Shown: positions 26,301 through 37,934 of the stretch, in pieces
Numbering within the stretch: position 1 is the stretch's first letter
How the letters are laid out: every line of letters starts with the position of its first letter
Source: Ancylonema sp.
Taxonomy: Eukaryota
Length of the DNA stretch: 64,000 nucleotides
Assembly (NCBI GenBank): GCA_050230475.1
Contig: JBFLGF010000137.1
Location: forward strand, 1-64,000
Direction of reading: 5' to 3'
Made by a program: the position numbers and the translations under genes
Notes under the pieces: generated by a model
Told to the model about the DNA's origin: nothing
What the model saw: only the letters and a program-made list of their open reading frames with translations
Database searches by the model: none

Positions 26301-29300
26301 GTTCTCGACGCAGAGAATGCGTTTGGCTGGGACGCGTCTAGACTATCCCGTGGAGCTGGGGACTGTGTCGATGGTCAGCCGTGAGGGTCGACACGTGGGC
26401 AGCTTCGAGGAATCTGCTACGGCACGACTCACTCTCACGTGCAGCAAGATTCTGTACCCCGCTGACCAAGGACCCCACAGTCCTCCCCTCCCCCTCCCTC
26501 CCCGTCTCTACCCGTTTCTGGCGCCAACCGCAGAGGTGCTGTTTGCAGCCACGGACATGGGGCTGCTCCACAGGCGCACGGGGCACGCTGCGGTTAACAC
26601 CTTTCACAAGTTGGCGAGGCCAGGGTTCGTGAGGGGGCTGGAGGGTGGCCTGGTTGGGGAGTTGGGAGTCTGCCGTGGCTGCAAGTTGGGCAAGCCGCGG
26701 GCGAAACCCCACCCGCAGAAGAATCCAACCTTCCGAGTAGGGAAGCCGCTCGATCTCGTTCACGCTGACTTGGCAGGCCCGATCAAGCCTGCTAGCTAGG
26801 GTGGGAAGTTATACGTGTTTGTTCTGATCGACGATTACAGCAAGAAATCATGAGTAATTCTGCTAAAGAACATATCTGATGTCGAATTGAGGGTGAAGGA
26901 GTGGACAGCGCTGGTAGAGCGCGAATCCGGTTATCGGGTGGGGTGGTTCCGTACTGACAACGGGGGGGAGTTCGTGAAGCAGACGTTGAAGGACTGGTTT
27001 CGTCTACGTGGCATCACCCAAGAGTTCACCCCCCCCTGTACTCCACAGGCGAACGGGGTCGCCGAGCGACTCAATCGTACCCTCCAGGGACCGAGTCCGT
27101 AGCATGATGACGGAGGCTGGGCTTGGGGGCGGAAGCTGGGGGGAGGTTTTTCTGGCGGCATCGTACCTCAGGAACCGGGGGCCGGTTACTGGATTGGATA
27201 TGACGCCGCAGGAGCTGTGGAGATGGAAGAAGCCGACCTTGGCGCACCTGCGGGCCTACGGTTGCAAGGTGTATGCGCCCATCGAGAAGGGTGACAGGGC
27301 AAGGAAGCTCGGGAAGGTGCGCTGGGAGGGGGTGCTACTCGGTTACTCGGACAGCCAGCCCTTCGTACCGGGTCTGGGATCCGGTGAAGGGAAAAGTCTA
27401 CAATGTCGGCGGAGCAGACTTCGACGAGGACGTGGAGGGGGGCTGGTGGAGGCAACAACTTCTGCAGGGTGACTACGTGGCAGAGCCTGTGGAGATCCCC
27501 TAGAACTGGGCGGCAGATTCTGGCGCAGGCGCAGGCGACGGGCCACCCCCTCCCCCTCCCCCTCCCCCTCCCCCTCCCCCTGCAGGCGGGGAGAAGGAGT
27601 CCAAACTCCTGCAGGTGGGGGTAAGGACGGTGACGACGATGACGAGGCGATGATGATGATACCCCCAGCCTAGTCAGTGATAGCAGTGATGACGAAGAGG
27701 AAGACGACGAAACTGCCGATTCGGGTGATGATGACTACGACGACAACGGGGGATTTCAGTGTCTGCGACGGGATCTGGGCTCCCAGGGGATTTTTACTGG
27801 CTCAGGTGCCGGGGGTACGGGGCCACTCAAGCGACGGGGTCAGGGCAAGGAGGCCGGGGCTCGCAGCCTAGGCGCTCAGGCAGGCAGCGGGGCCCGCCGC
27901 TGCGGTTCGCAGACTCCTACGCTGCAGCCGTGGACCTGGTCTGTCAAGCTGAGGCACTTGCAGGACTTGAGCGAAAGGAATGGAGGGAAGCTTTAGACTC
28001 TGAGTTGGGGAGCTTAGAGGAGAATAATGTGTATGAAGGAGGTCAAAGCGGGGCTTAGTGACAACTTCAAGATGAAAGACTTGGGGAGTGCGGTTTTCTT
28101 GTTGTGGATAGAGATCACTCGGGGAGTAGACGGGGGTGTGTTCGTCGGGCAAAGGAAGTATGTCGAGGATTTGGTGAGGAAGTACGGCTTGGAGGGGGGG
28201 AAAGCGGTGTCCACCCCCTTTGAGTCGGGAGTGGTCTTAGGGGTGGAAGACTCCCCCACCACGGAGGAGGGGGAGAAAGAGATGGCGCGCTACCCCTACC
28301 GGAACTTCGTGGGGAGTCTCATGTATCTCGCGGTGTGGACTCGTCCCCCCGACCTTGCAATGGTGGTTTCTACACTTAGTTTTAGCCGTTTTTGCCAGAA
28401 TCCGGGGGTGAAGCATTGGGAGGCGGCGAAGAGGGTAGTGAGGTACTTGGTGGGGGACAATTGACGAGGGGCTCTTCTACGGGAAGGATGAGAGGTTGAG
28501 GTGTGGGGCTACACCGACGCGAGCTACGGGAGTGATATGGAGACTAAGAGGGGGCGCTCGGGGTATGTCTTCATGAGTGCGGGAGCGGCGATTTCGTGGG
28601 GGAACAAGCTCCAAGAGGTGATGGCTTTGGGCTCTACGGAGTCGGAGTACATGGCGATGTCTTTTGCAGTTCAAGAGGGGGTGTACTTGGGGATGTACCA
28701 AAGGGAGATGGGAGTCGAGAGTGAGAAAGTCTTGGCTCTGTGTGATAATCAATCGGCTATGAAAATCGCCAAGAACCCCGTTTTACACAAGAGGAGCAAG
28801 CATATTGGCATCAAAAGTTTCATTACGTGAGGGAGAAGGTGGAGAGTGGAGAGGGAGTTGCACTTTGTGCCTACCAAGGCAATGGCGGCGGACTACGAAG
28901 CACGTAGGGGTGAAAGTGTTTGTAGAGGGAAAATGTCTTATGGGTATGATAGCACTAGGAGGGTAGAGTGCTAGACATGTAGTGGACATGTTGTGGAGGA
29001 GGAGGAGAAAAAAATAAAATAAACAAAGCATAGGGTCATCGGGCATTTGACTTGTAGTAAAGAGAGGGGGAGGGGAATGAAGTAAATTAGTTCTTTAATC
29101 AAGGGAAATGCCGAGTTGTGGCGATAGTAATAATTGTAGAATTAGCGTGGACCGGAGATGTGACTAATAATGTGCATGTGTGTCTATGTTGTGAGCCGAT
29201 ACAATATGCATGAGGATGTGAATCGACAATTATGTAGGTTGCACTTAGGCGCAATGGGCGCGGAAGCGAGTACGATGAATTCGTACCGGTTTACTCTAGT

Positions 29301-30940
29301 ACCGGACTAAGTTGCACTAGATTTGCATAGTTGAGTGTGCACCAATGGGGTGAATATGAATAGTCGCATTATTGTGTTCACGGGAAATGACGTTAGCGAG
29401 TAGACTTTAGTCAACCTACGCACCGGTTGGTTAAACCGATTTGTCCTTGGCTTGTAAGGCAAATTCAATATATACTCTACGGAGTTTTCATAACAAACAA
29501 TTCATACCATCATCGCTTTTGTTTCCAGTGGGATTCTAGTTTGTTGGTGTCTTGCCATTTGTTACGGACAGTTTGGCTTTGTATGTAATTCACGAGAAGT
29601 CGGAGAGCCGGCGAATTTAAGACCTGTACGGCAGGCAAGGGATTGGCCCACTATGGCTGATCCTTCAAGAAGGACTCACCCACGACAGAGGAGGGGAAGA
29701 GGGAAATGGAAGGGGTTCCATACAGAAATCTAGTGGGGAGCTTGATGTATTTGGCGGTGTGGACGAGGCCCGATTTGGCCATGGCGGTGAGCATTCTAAG
29801 CCGCTTTAGCCAGAATCCGGGGGTTAAACATTGGGAGGCGGCGAAACGGGTGGTGCGGTATTTGAAGGGGACGATTGATCACGGGATTCTCTACAAAGTA
29901 GGGGAGGATGTTCCGGTGTGGGTAGGGGAGGATGTTCCTTACGGAAGTGATCCCGACACTAAGAGAGGTCGATGCGACCGGTTACTACCTTCATGAGTGG
30001 TGGAGGGGCGGTTAATTGGGGAAGCAAACTGCAGGAATTGGTTGCATTGAGCTCCACCGAAAGTGACTACATGGCGATGGCGTACGCGGTGCACGAGGCA
30101 TCGTACTTACAAACTTTTCAGAAGGAGATGGGGGTGGACCAAGAGGGGGTGGTGCTGTTGTGTGATAACCAAAGTGCAATCAGGAACCCAATATTTCACA
30201 AGAGGAGCAAGCATATTGCTATTAAGTACCACTACATTCGGGAGAAAGTCGAGAGTGGTGAGGTAGAGTTGGCTTTTGTTTGTTGCAACTAGGGATATGG
30301 CGGCGGATCAATCTGCCAAGCATGTTGGGGTAGGGGTGCTTAACACGGGGAAAGACTTGATGGGGATGGGAACACTAGAGTAGCGTGTTGAGTTTGTGAC
30401 AAGTTAGCATGTTTCTTTGAATGCAACTTCATCTATAATGAGAGGGGGGTTGTAACGAGAAAGACATTAAAAGACTAAAGTGTGCATTTGGTAGAGCCCT
30501 TTGGTGGCTTTAGGAATAATTGTGTGCCTATAACGATTTTGTGACGCTCTATCGGGGTATTGCGGGTGGTTTGTGTAGCTTGACTAGATAGTCGTGTTGT
30601 GTGCCCGAGGCCGGCAATGTGTCAACTTCCTTGTACGGGCCGGCAATATTTAGCATGACATACGGGCCGGACGATTTTGATCGCAAGACCAGCCATACAT
30701 GAACTTCCTGACTCAGGTCAGTCCGAAAACTACCAACTTGGGTTATTTTATCTAAACTACGCGCTGGAAATCTTGCTCAAAATCTGGTTTTGCAACTTTC
30801 GCTAGCGTAGCATTACGCCAGAGTAAACGTACTGGGCAAGATATCAAGCTCTGTCTCTAGACGCGTCGAACGCACTATCGTACGCAACAAATGATCACCA
30901 CTACGGCATATGGCATTCGCTCAACGATATCAGCCTTTCA
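20351..30940 (+). mobile_element. Ty1/copia element B (5' LTR missing), interrupted by element C
   Basis: Gag with twin CCHC knuckles and protease WIADSG (20379-21722), integrase (VHADLAGP, RTDNGGEF, NGAAERLNRT) and RT (YVDD) to about 24205. Resumes at 29668 with the RT end and RNase H. PPT GAGAGGGGGG, then a 3' LTR starting TGTAAC at 30451. Confidence 0.9.
24227..29667 (+). mobile_element. Ty1/copia element C nested in the RT of element B
   Basis: LTRs 24227-24815 and 29078-29667 (TG..CA) differ by about 4 substitutions and 1 indel by eye. PBS TGGTATCAGAGC (initiator tRNA-Met) at 24818-24829; PPT at 29061-29077; flanks AGAAAG / AGAAG. Gag, protease, integrase and RNase H present with stops; RT core deleted. 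Confidence 0.95.
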
Positions 30941-31785
30941 CATCGCCATAGCCAAAGCTCAACGCAATCACAAAACGACACGTCAACGCTCTTGCCAAAG
31001 CTTAGTTGGCGCAATGCAGCCAGAGTGCTCAAGTATCAGAATACATAGTCCGAAAATCCAACAAGGCACTTCCGACTCACTTGTACTATCCGTACGCTAG
31101 AAGGTAATCTACGTCGTACGTATGCGTTCGATCGAACGCATTCAGTCCAAGCATATTCTATCCTTAGCCGCAATCGAATACGATCACAATCGGCCAATCA
31201 CATTACTGCCAGCATGTCATTACATGGCCCCTCAACCCGGGAGCCACGTTTCGCTGGGACGTCTGTGGCCGTTGTGACGTTTGTGGCCTTTTGACGGCCG
31301 CTATGTCGAACACAAATAATACGGGCGCGGAAGTAAGTCCTGACTTCCATACTTCCGCCATACTTCCGCCGTACTTCCGTCTCCCCGTTACAGCAATCGA
31401 ATATCGATCGCTCTATCGAACAGTTAATATTCCGACGGGCCCCTGCGGGCTCCCGCACGCTGCCGCTATATCGCGAGCAAATAAATAACCCAGCCCCCAG
31501 CCGCCTACCGCCCTACTGCAGACCGCATGCTAGCGGCGTCAACCGTACCCGGTCAATACCCGACCGGGACCGTACGGCGCAGACGTGCCGCACGTGCGAC
31601 AGGGATGAGTACAACAAGGTATGTCAAAAAATACAAGACACACTCCATCACTTTACTCTAAAGTTCAGTTCACAATATCCTCAAATCCATCATAACGTGA
31701 AATACGCATCGACTCGTTGATCCACCTTAGGGCATCCTCTACCGCTTCCAATGTTAATGTCAATTCAGGAGTTTAAACGACAAAT

Positions 31786-31880
31786 TGTCAAAATGTAATC
31801 AAAATGTAGTCAAAATAGAATCAAAATGTAATCAAAATGTAATGATCAAAATGTAATGTAATCAAAGAAATAAAAATGTA
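31786..31880. repeat. Tandem CAAAATGTAAT-type minisatellite
   Basis: About 7 imperfect 11-bp units. Confidence 0.7.
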
Positions 31881-32501
31881 GCGCGTACAATTTTTTTTGT
31901 GTGCGACCCTGGGGGGCGAAGGTTCACAATAACGATCGAGGCGAGAGTGCGTGGCAATTTCTAAGTGGCGGTCATTATTTTTCCATTGCCAAAGTTGCGT
32001 GCTAGTTTGGGGCCCGATCTTGTCACGAGAATTTAGATTTTATGCGACGCAAATCCCGATGACAAACCTTTTGGCGATGGCATTGAAATTGAAAGGAGGT
32101 AGCGCTTGCGAGAAAAAAAATCTTAGTATTTTAACCTTGGTATGGTACGGTAGGAATCGCGTAATATCGCAATTTTTCGATGTTATGAATTAAAACTTCG
32201 GGATTTCGATATTGGGTAAATGGATGTAATACGCAGCAAAAATACCCTGACACAGCAAATGCCGTGTCGGTTTATCGCCGAGTTCGACGCGGCAATTTTG
32301 TGTCGGCGTATCGGGCGGTATCCGTGTCGGATATCCGACACGAAAAAAAAAACGATTAAAAATACGGCGTGTCGGACACGTACCATGTTGGACACGCACC
32401 GTGCCGACCACGTTTGCCGTGGCGTGCAATCCTATCACAATAACATCTATCAATTTTTGAAGGTCCCACGATCGGACCTTCTTTTTCTTCATTTCTTCGT
32501 G

Positions 32502-33609
32502 TAGACTATAAACTGGCGGTGACCCTTATATTTTTTGCCGGGTTAAAAAATAACCCGGACAAACCCCGAAGTAACACGGAAATACCCTTATGTACCCAAA
32601 AAACCCTCAACATACCTTGACAAACCTTGAAATACCCAAAAATATCCTCAAAACCCCTAAAACACTCTTATTTATTTCGATAACGTATCCTAACATATCC
32701 TCTTATTTTTGTACCTCCGAAAGAGTTGAAGACCTAAAAAATATCAAAAAAACCGTACTTATCAATACTTATATTATAGTGTAAACAAACACCCAAATTG
32801 TGGACTAGACGTTGTATAAAAGACAATGGCGGTATTAATGTAGGAAATATTGAGCAAGTCATTTCTAGCGTGGCGGTATCCCGGAGTGTTTTACTGGACT
32901 TAAAAGTAACCCGGAAAAACCTCGGAGTAACCCGTTGTACCCCACAAATATCTCAGAATACCCGAAAATATCCATAGAAACCCCAAAATACCATACTTTA
33001 TCATACCATATCCTAACATACCCTGATATTATTTTTCCCTTAGGGAAAAGTTAGAAAAAATACAAAATTAACAAAGTCGTTCTTATCAATACTTCAATTA
33101 CACTGTAAAGAGACACCCAATTGTGTATACTAGACGTTGCACAAACCAGTATAGAAGGTGTCAATGCAGAATACATTGAGCGAGTCATTTTAAGTGACTC
33201 GCTCATCTTGATTTTTTATCGATATGTAAGAAAATGATACTTATATGATGCCTATGAATATTTTTAGATTTGTCACTTAGAATCTGCGGTACTTTGGTTT
33301 TGTATTGATTGCCTAGGTGTTTTTAGGTTTCTGGTTCCTCTTTTGTTGTACTCAGGTGGGGTTCCCAACGTGTTTCCTTCATAATTCTTCTCTATACAGA
33401 GTGGGTACCTAAATAGGACTAGAAAAAGGGCAAAAACACTGTCACTACATCGTGATTGCCACTATTTCGAGTGTCACTATATCAAGGGTTTACTGTACCA
33501 TGATTTTTTTCGGGGTTTTCCGGGATTTCAACCCGGATTTGGGCTGCCGGGTTATTGCCGGGTTCCTACCTCAGGGTTACGGGTTAAGGGTATTTCCAGT
33601 GGCAGTCTA
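32502..33609. mobile_element. Old TIR-type non-autonomous element with an internal duplication
   Basis: Imperfect TIR TAGACT..ACTGG..ACCCTT / AAGGGT..CCAGT..AGTCTA, AACCCGG/CCGGGTT subterminal motifs, and about 32530-32870 similar to about 32890-33195. No TSD seen. Confidence 0.45.
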
Positions 33610-33775
33610 CCTATAAACTACCTTCAATTGGCCCGCCACTTTGGTAGATTGCCCCCGCGCGAAGGGGTAAACACGAGCGTTTCATAACGAAGGGAGTAGT
33701 CTGCACGTACAGACACGTGCGTTTTGTAACTACCGCAACCTGACGTTTCCTTCTCTCACGAAAGAGCAACACTCA

Positions 33776-36520
33776 ATGGTATCGCTGGACCCTCTATGGC
33801 CCGTGAAGGTGGTTACGATTCCTGGTCGTGGACGAGGGTTGATATCCACGCGCTGGATCGGCGAGGGGGAAGTCGTGTTGAAGGAGCCCCCACTGGCTGC
33901 CGCTGTCACGGAGAGCTGTAAAACCAAATGCTGTTCAGCGTGCTTCAGGTTGGACCAGCGGGGCTGATGGGGCCAGAATGGATGTCATCTGAAGAACTAC
34001 GTGTAGCCTATCGATAACTTTGGTACAAGGGAGTCGCGGGGTTTAGTCACTCATTACGATTGTTTGCGCGACCTGTAATTAATGTAGTTTAACTTCAGCG
34101 ATGTATTAGCTCACCTCCTGAGTGACTGCTGAGTTATTTTACGGCTCAGAGAACGCTAGTGTATGTGTGCCAGTGAATGTGCTGGCGTACATGAGCTCAA
34201 GTTTGAGAATACAGGGCTGACCTTACACCCTTCCTCGTTTGAACAAATGGTTACAGATGGTTCGGCAGCGAATCCGGCGCAAGTATACCTTGCGCCACCT
34301 GTCACGAGTGCTGGTTCTGCGCCGCCACTTGTCACCCATCCACGATACCCTCCCCATCATCCACCACCCACCCAAACCCCAACCCCAACCCCAACCCCAA
34401 CCCTGGCCCTCACCCCCCCCTTGTCTGCCGCGGCTTGAAACACCTCCACCAGCTAGTGGCCTCCCCGGATACCCGCGCTGACGTCAGCAATGCGTTGAGG
34501 TGGATCCTTTCCGTGCTGAGCTGTCCCCGCGAGCAGATTGACATCCTGACCAGCATGGAGGGAAGCAAAACGCGGTTAAGGGGCGAAGAGCATGAGCACG
34601 CGCAAGTGCTTCACCACTTCTTCTCCTCAATACGGGAGGGGCAAGGAGGGGAGGATCAACATCGAGTGGGGGAGGGAGAGGGGAGGGGGGTGCTTGGAGA
34701 GGGGGCGGCTGCAACAGTGGGGGATCTGGGGGGGGGTACAAATACTGCACAAGTGGGGGGGTTGGGGAAAGGTGCGGCTTCGGGTACATCAGGCGGGGGG
34801 GGGGGGGCGGGTGGAGTTTCAGAGGGGTTCTCACATGGGGGGGGTGGTTCAAGGGGGGGAAAAGGGGGGGGGCGAAACAGTTGGCGGGATGAAATGTGGG
34901 TGAGTGAGAACCGTTTGCGTTTTCCCCCTTCCGTCGCTCTGCTCACCCATCTGCTGGAAATCGATCAGCGGAACAGTTTTGGGCTCATGGTCCCGAGGCT
35001 GGGGGGGGGGGGGATGGAGATAAGGGCGGGGGTGACGTATGGGGCGGCCACGATGGTCAACCACGGGTGCTTCCCGAATGTTTGCAGGTGGGGGTTGGGG
35101 GGTGGGGTCGGGGCTGGGCTTTTGGGGCTGCTGGGTTAGGATTTGGGGAAATTAGTGTGTAGACCCAGGGTGGAGGTGCATGGTTTGTATGTAATTTTTT
35201 ATTGAAGCGGGTTGGGTTTACTCGGGGTAACATACTCAGTGTCAAAAGGGTCAAAATGAAGGGTCAAGATAAAGGTTTTAGTTAAAGGGTCAAGATGAGG
35301 GATTAAAAGGAGGGGTGAAGATGAAGGGCAAGGTGAAGGGTGTCTGTAGAAATTGGTCTGACGCCTAGTTGAACTTCACTTATGCACACTCACTTAGAGG
35401 TCAGGTCTGGGGTTTGGACCAAATAGGGGTTTAGTGTTTTCTTTCTTGGTCGTCCAAGTTTTCGCCTAGGTTCGATTATGGGGTGTGGAGGAGACTAACG
35501 GTTATAACGTCAAGACTCCACACCTTTGTGAGACGCCTCACATGCGTTTAGGAGTAAGCCTTCCGGTACTCTGAGGGTTTAGTTTTTTGGTCTTGTTTTT
35601 GGCCCTAAGTCAGTCTTGAAGGTCGAGCTCAAGGTTCAGAAGCTCATAGTGGAATAGAACGTGAGTATGACCATCATGGGGTAATGAACCGCTTTTAGCG
35701 TATTGGTATAGGAGTTAAAAGGCGGCAGCCCCATATTTGTCCTTGGCGAAAACCCGGACTCCACTTCGCGGTTTTGTAACGTTCCATGTTCATGACCCGG
35801 CATGTGTGCAGGTTTGACTACATTGACGCCCCGGGTAACCGTGTTGGCAACACGGATATCATCATCCGCGCCATGGCGGATATACCTGAGGGGGAGGAAA
35901 TCCTTTTGTCTTACTTCCCCATCAACTGGGCGTACCAAGAGAGGCAGGAGAGGTGTATGGACGTGTACGGATTCGAGTGTAACTGTGAGAGGTGTGAAAT
36001 CGAACGGGAGTGGGATCTAGAAGAGGAGGAGGAGGGGGGAGGGGAGGGGGAGATGGAGGAGGATAGTGAGGGAGAGGGGATGGGGGAAGGTGGCGGGGGG
36101 GAGGGTTCCGGGGGAGGGAGGGAGGGGGGCGTGAGCTGGGGAGGGGGTGCATGGATCGAGGGGTTGCAAGAGGAGAGAGGGGTTGGTGGGACGGGAGGGA
36201 ATAGAGAAGGGCATGGAATAGAAGTGGAGGGGGTGGGGATGCCAGGAGGGTCGTATCCAAAGAGTGAGGGCAGGACGGAAGCCGAGAATGAGAGGGATTT
36301 TAGGCACTCGTTTTTCTTTGTCAAGTACTTGTGTCCGCAAAACGAGTGCGGGGGCACAATGGCCGCGTTGCCGGGCAAATGGAATGTTTCGTTGAAGAAA
36401 GTGGGGATGGCAAAGCCGAGTGAGTACGTGCCGAGTGGGATCATGGAGTGCAACTCGTGTGGGGGGTTGAGGACGGAGGAGGAGTTTGTGGCCGACCTGG
36501 AGCAACACCAAATCTTGTAG
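33776..36520 (+). CDS. ASHR2: SMYD-type SET/MYND histone-lysine methyltransferase, ASHR2/SDG39-like; exons 33776-33948, 34257-35087, 35812-36520
   Basis: GRGRGL...GEVVLKE SET start; MYND CSAC..CATC..WFC..C..H..C; NHGCFPNVCRFDYID, NTDIIIRA, LSYFPINW, YGFECNCERC; C-terminal HSFFFVKYLC..CGGTMA..ECNSCG. Phase-compatible GT-AG introns. Confidence 0.92.
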
Positions 36521-37615
36521 ATCTTGGGGATTGAAAAATAGGAGTGGTGAAGGAACAAGTTAGATGCTGCTTTTCCACGAGGACGCTTAGTATCAGATAA
36601 TTCTTCATTGGCTAGGGAAGGATCTCGTGTTTATCTCAATGTTATCAAGCTTCAAGGTTCGATTTCATCTTAGTCTTGTTTTTGTGCGTTGCAAAGTTCG
36701 ACCTTTCCCCCATATGATTGGCTTTTGGGAATAGTAACGATAAGAGATGCATGGTATGATATTATGCCGCAGCGAAGCTTTGCTCTTGAAAAAATATAAG
36801 TTCGCAGGGTGTGCGTCAAGTGTGGACGAGCTATGCACTATTGAGCAATCCAACTGTGGGTGATGGAAGTCTATGTCCCTCGAAAATGAAAAGGGTCGCA
36901 TTGCTCTTGTTGTTCGGCCATAATTATTTTGGGGCGTAGAGTCGGTAGTTGTAACGTGAGTCCCACTTGTCTTATGGTTCTTCTTCAGAAATTCAGAAAT
37001 TTTGAGGTGATTGATGAAACGCGGCACACTTACATCACGGTTACGTGACGGTGGATGACGTGTCGTGGTGACAGCTGGATGTCCCGGTGGAGTGAAGAAG
37101 CCCTAGTGTCGAAGTTGCACTCTTGGGATGGTGTGGTAGTGTACCAATTAAGGATGGGGAAGATAATTAAATCGCGGACTGTTAGTTATTGACAATTTGA
37201 AGTTAGCCTTAATATACACCCCTAAAAACGTGCATCCGGCATAATTCAGACCCGAAAATCTAACCCTCGTGCCGGGAGGCCAACGTGGCTGCAATTGGTG
37301 TGTGTCGTTGACATTTACCACACACAAAACCCGGCGAAATGTTATGTATCATCGTTGCTCCTCCTCGTCTCCTTGGTTGATTGGAGATCGGGTTGACGTA
37401 CGTCCTCGCGGCCGCGTTACGGTGACGGCGTCACCAACCCCGACTTTGACCCGGATGCACCCTGAGAATGTGGCTGCGCGGTTTATGTTACAGAGTGACA
37501 ATACCCGTCCGTTTTACGTACGGGGACATCGCAGCGGGTGTTCATCCTTTTCCCCGGTAAGGATGAACATCATAGTTGGATCCTGGAGGTGCTTGTTCGG
37601 GATGTCTCCTAGACC

Positions 37616-37934
37616 GTAGTTGCACGGACCTGCGGACCGGGGTTTTGAGGTCCTGGTTCCGGACCGGGGTCCGTCCTTCCAGGCCAAAATGCCGGACCGG
37701 CGGTAGTATGATACTTTCTGTTTTTCTTTCGGGATTTTGAAAGGTTTACCGTGGAGCAAAAAATATTTTTTAGTTTTACATATGGATTTGTGCATCGTGC
37801 AGAAGTGAAACAAAAGTATACTCTCTCAAATTTCCACGACATGTCCATGTCCGGGGGAAACGGACATGGGCGAAAAAAAACCCTAAAAGATCCCCGGTCC
37901 TACCGGATCCCGACTCCGGACCCGGTGCGACAAT
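37616..37934. repeat. MITE-like element with CCGGAC subterminal motifs
   Basis: Imperfect ends TTGCACGG / CCGGTGCGA; 37636-37690 resembles 10815-10866. Confidence 0.4.
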
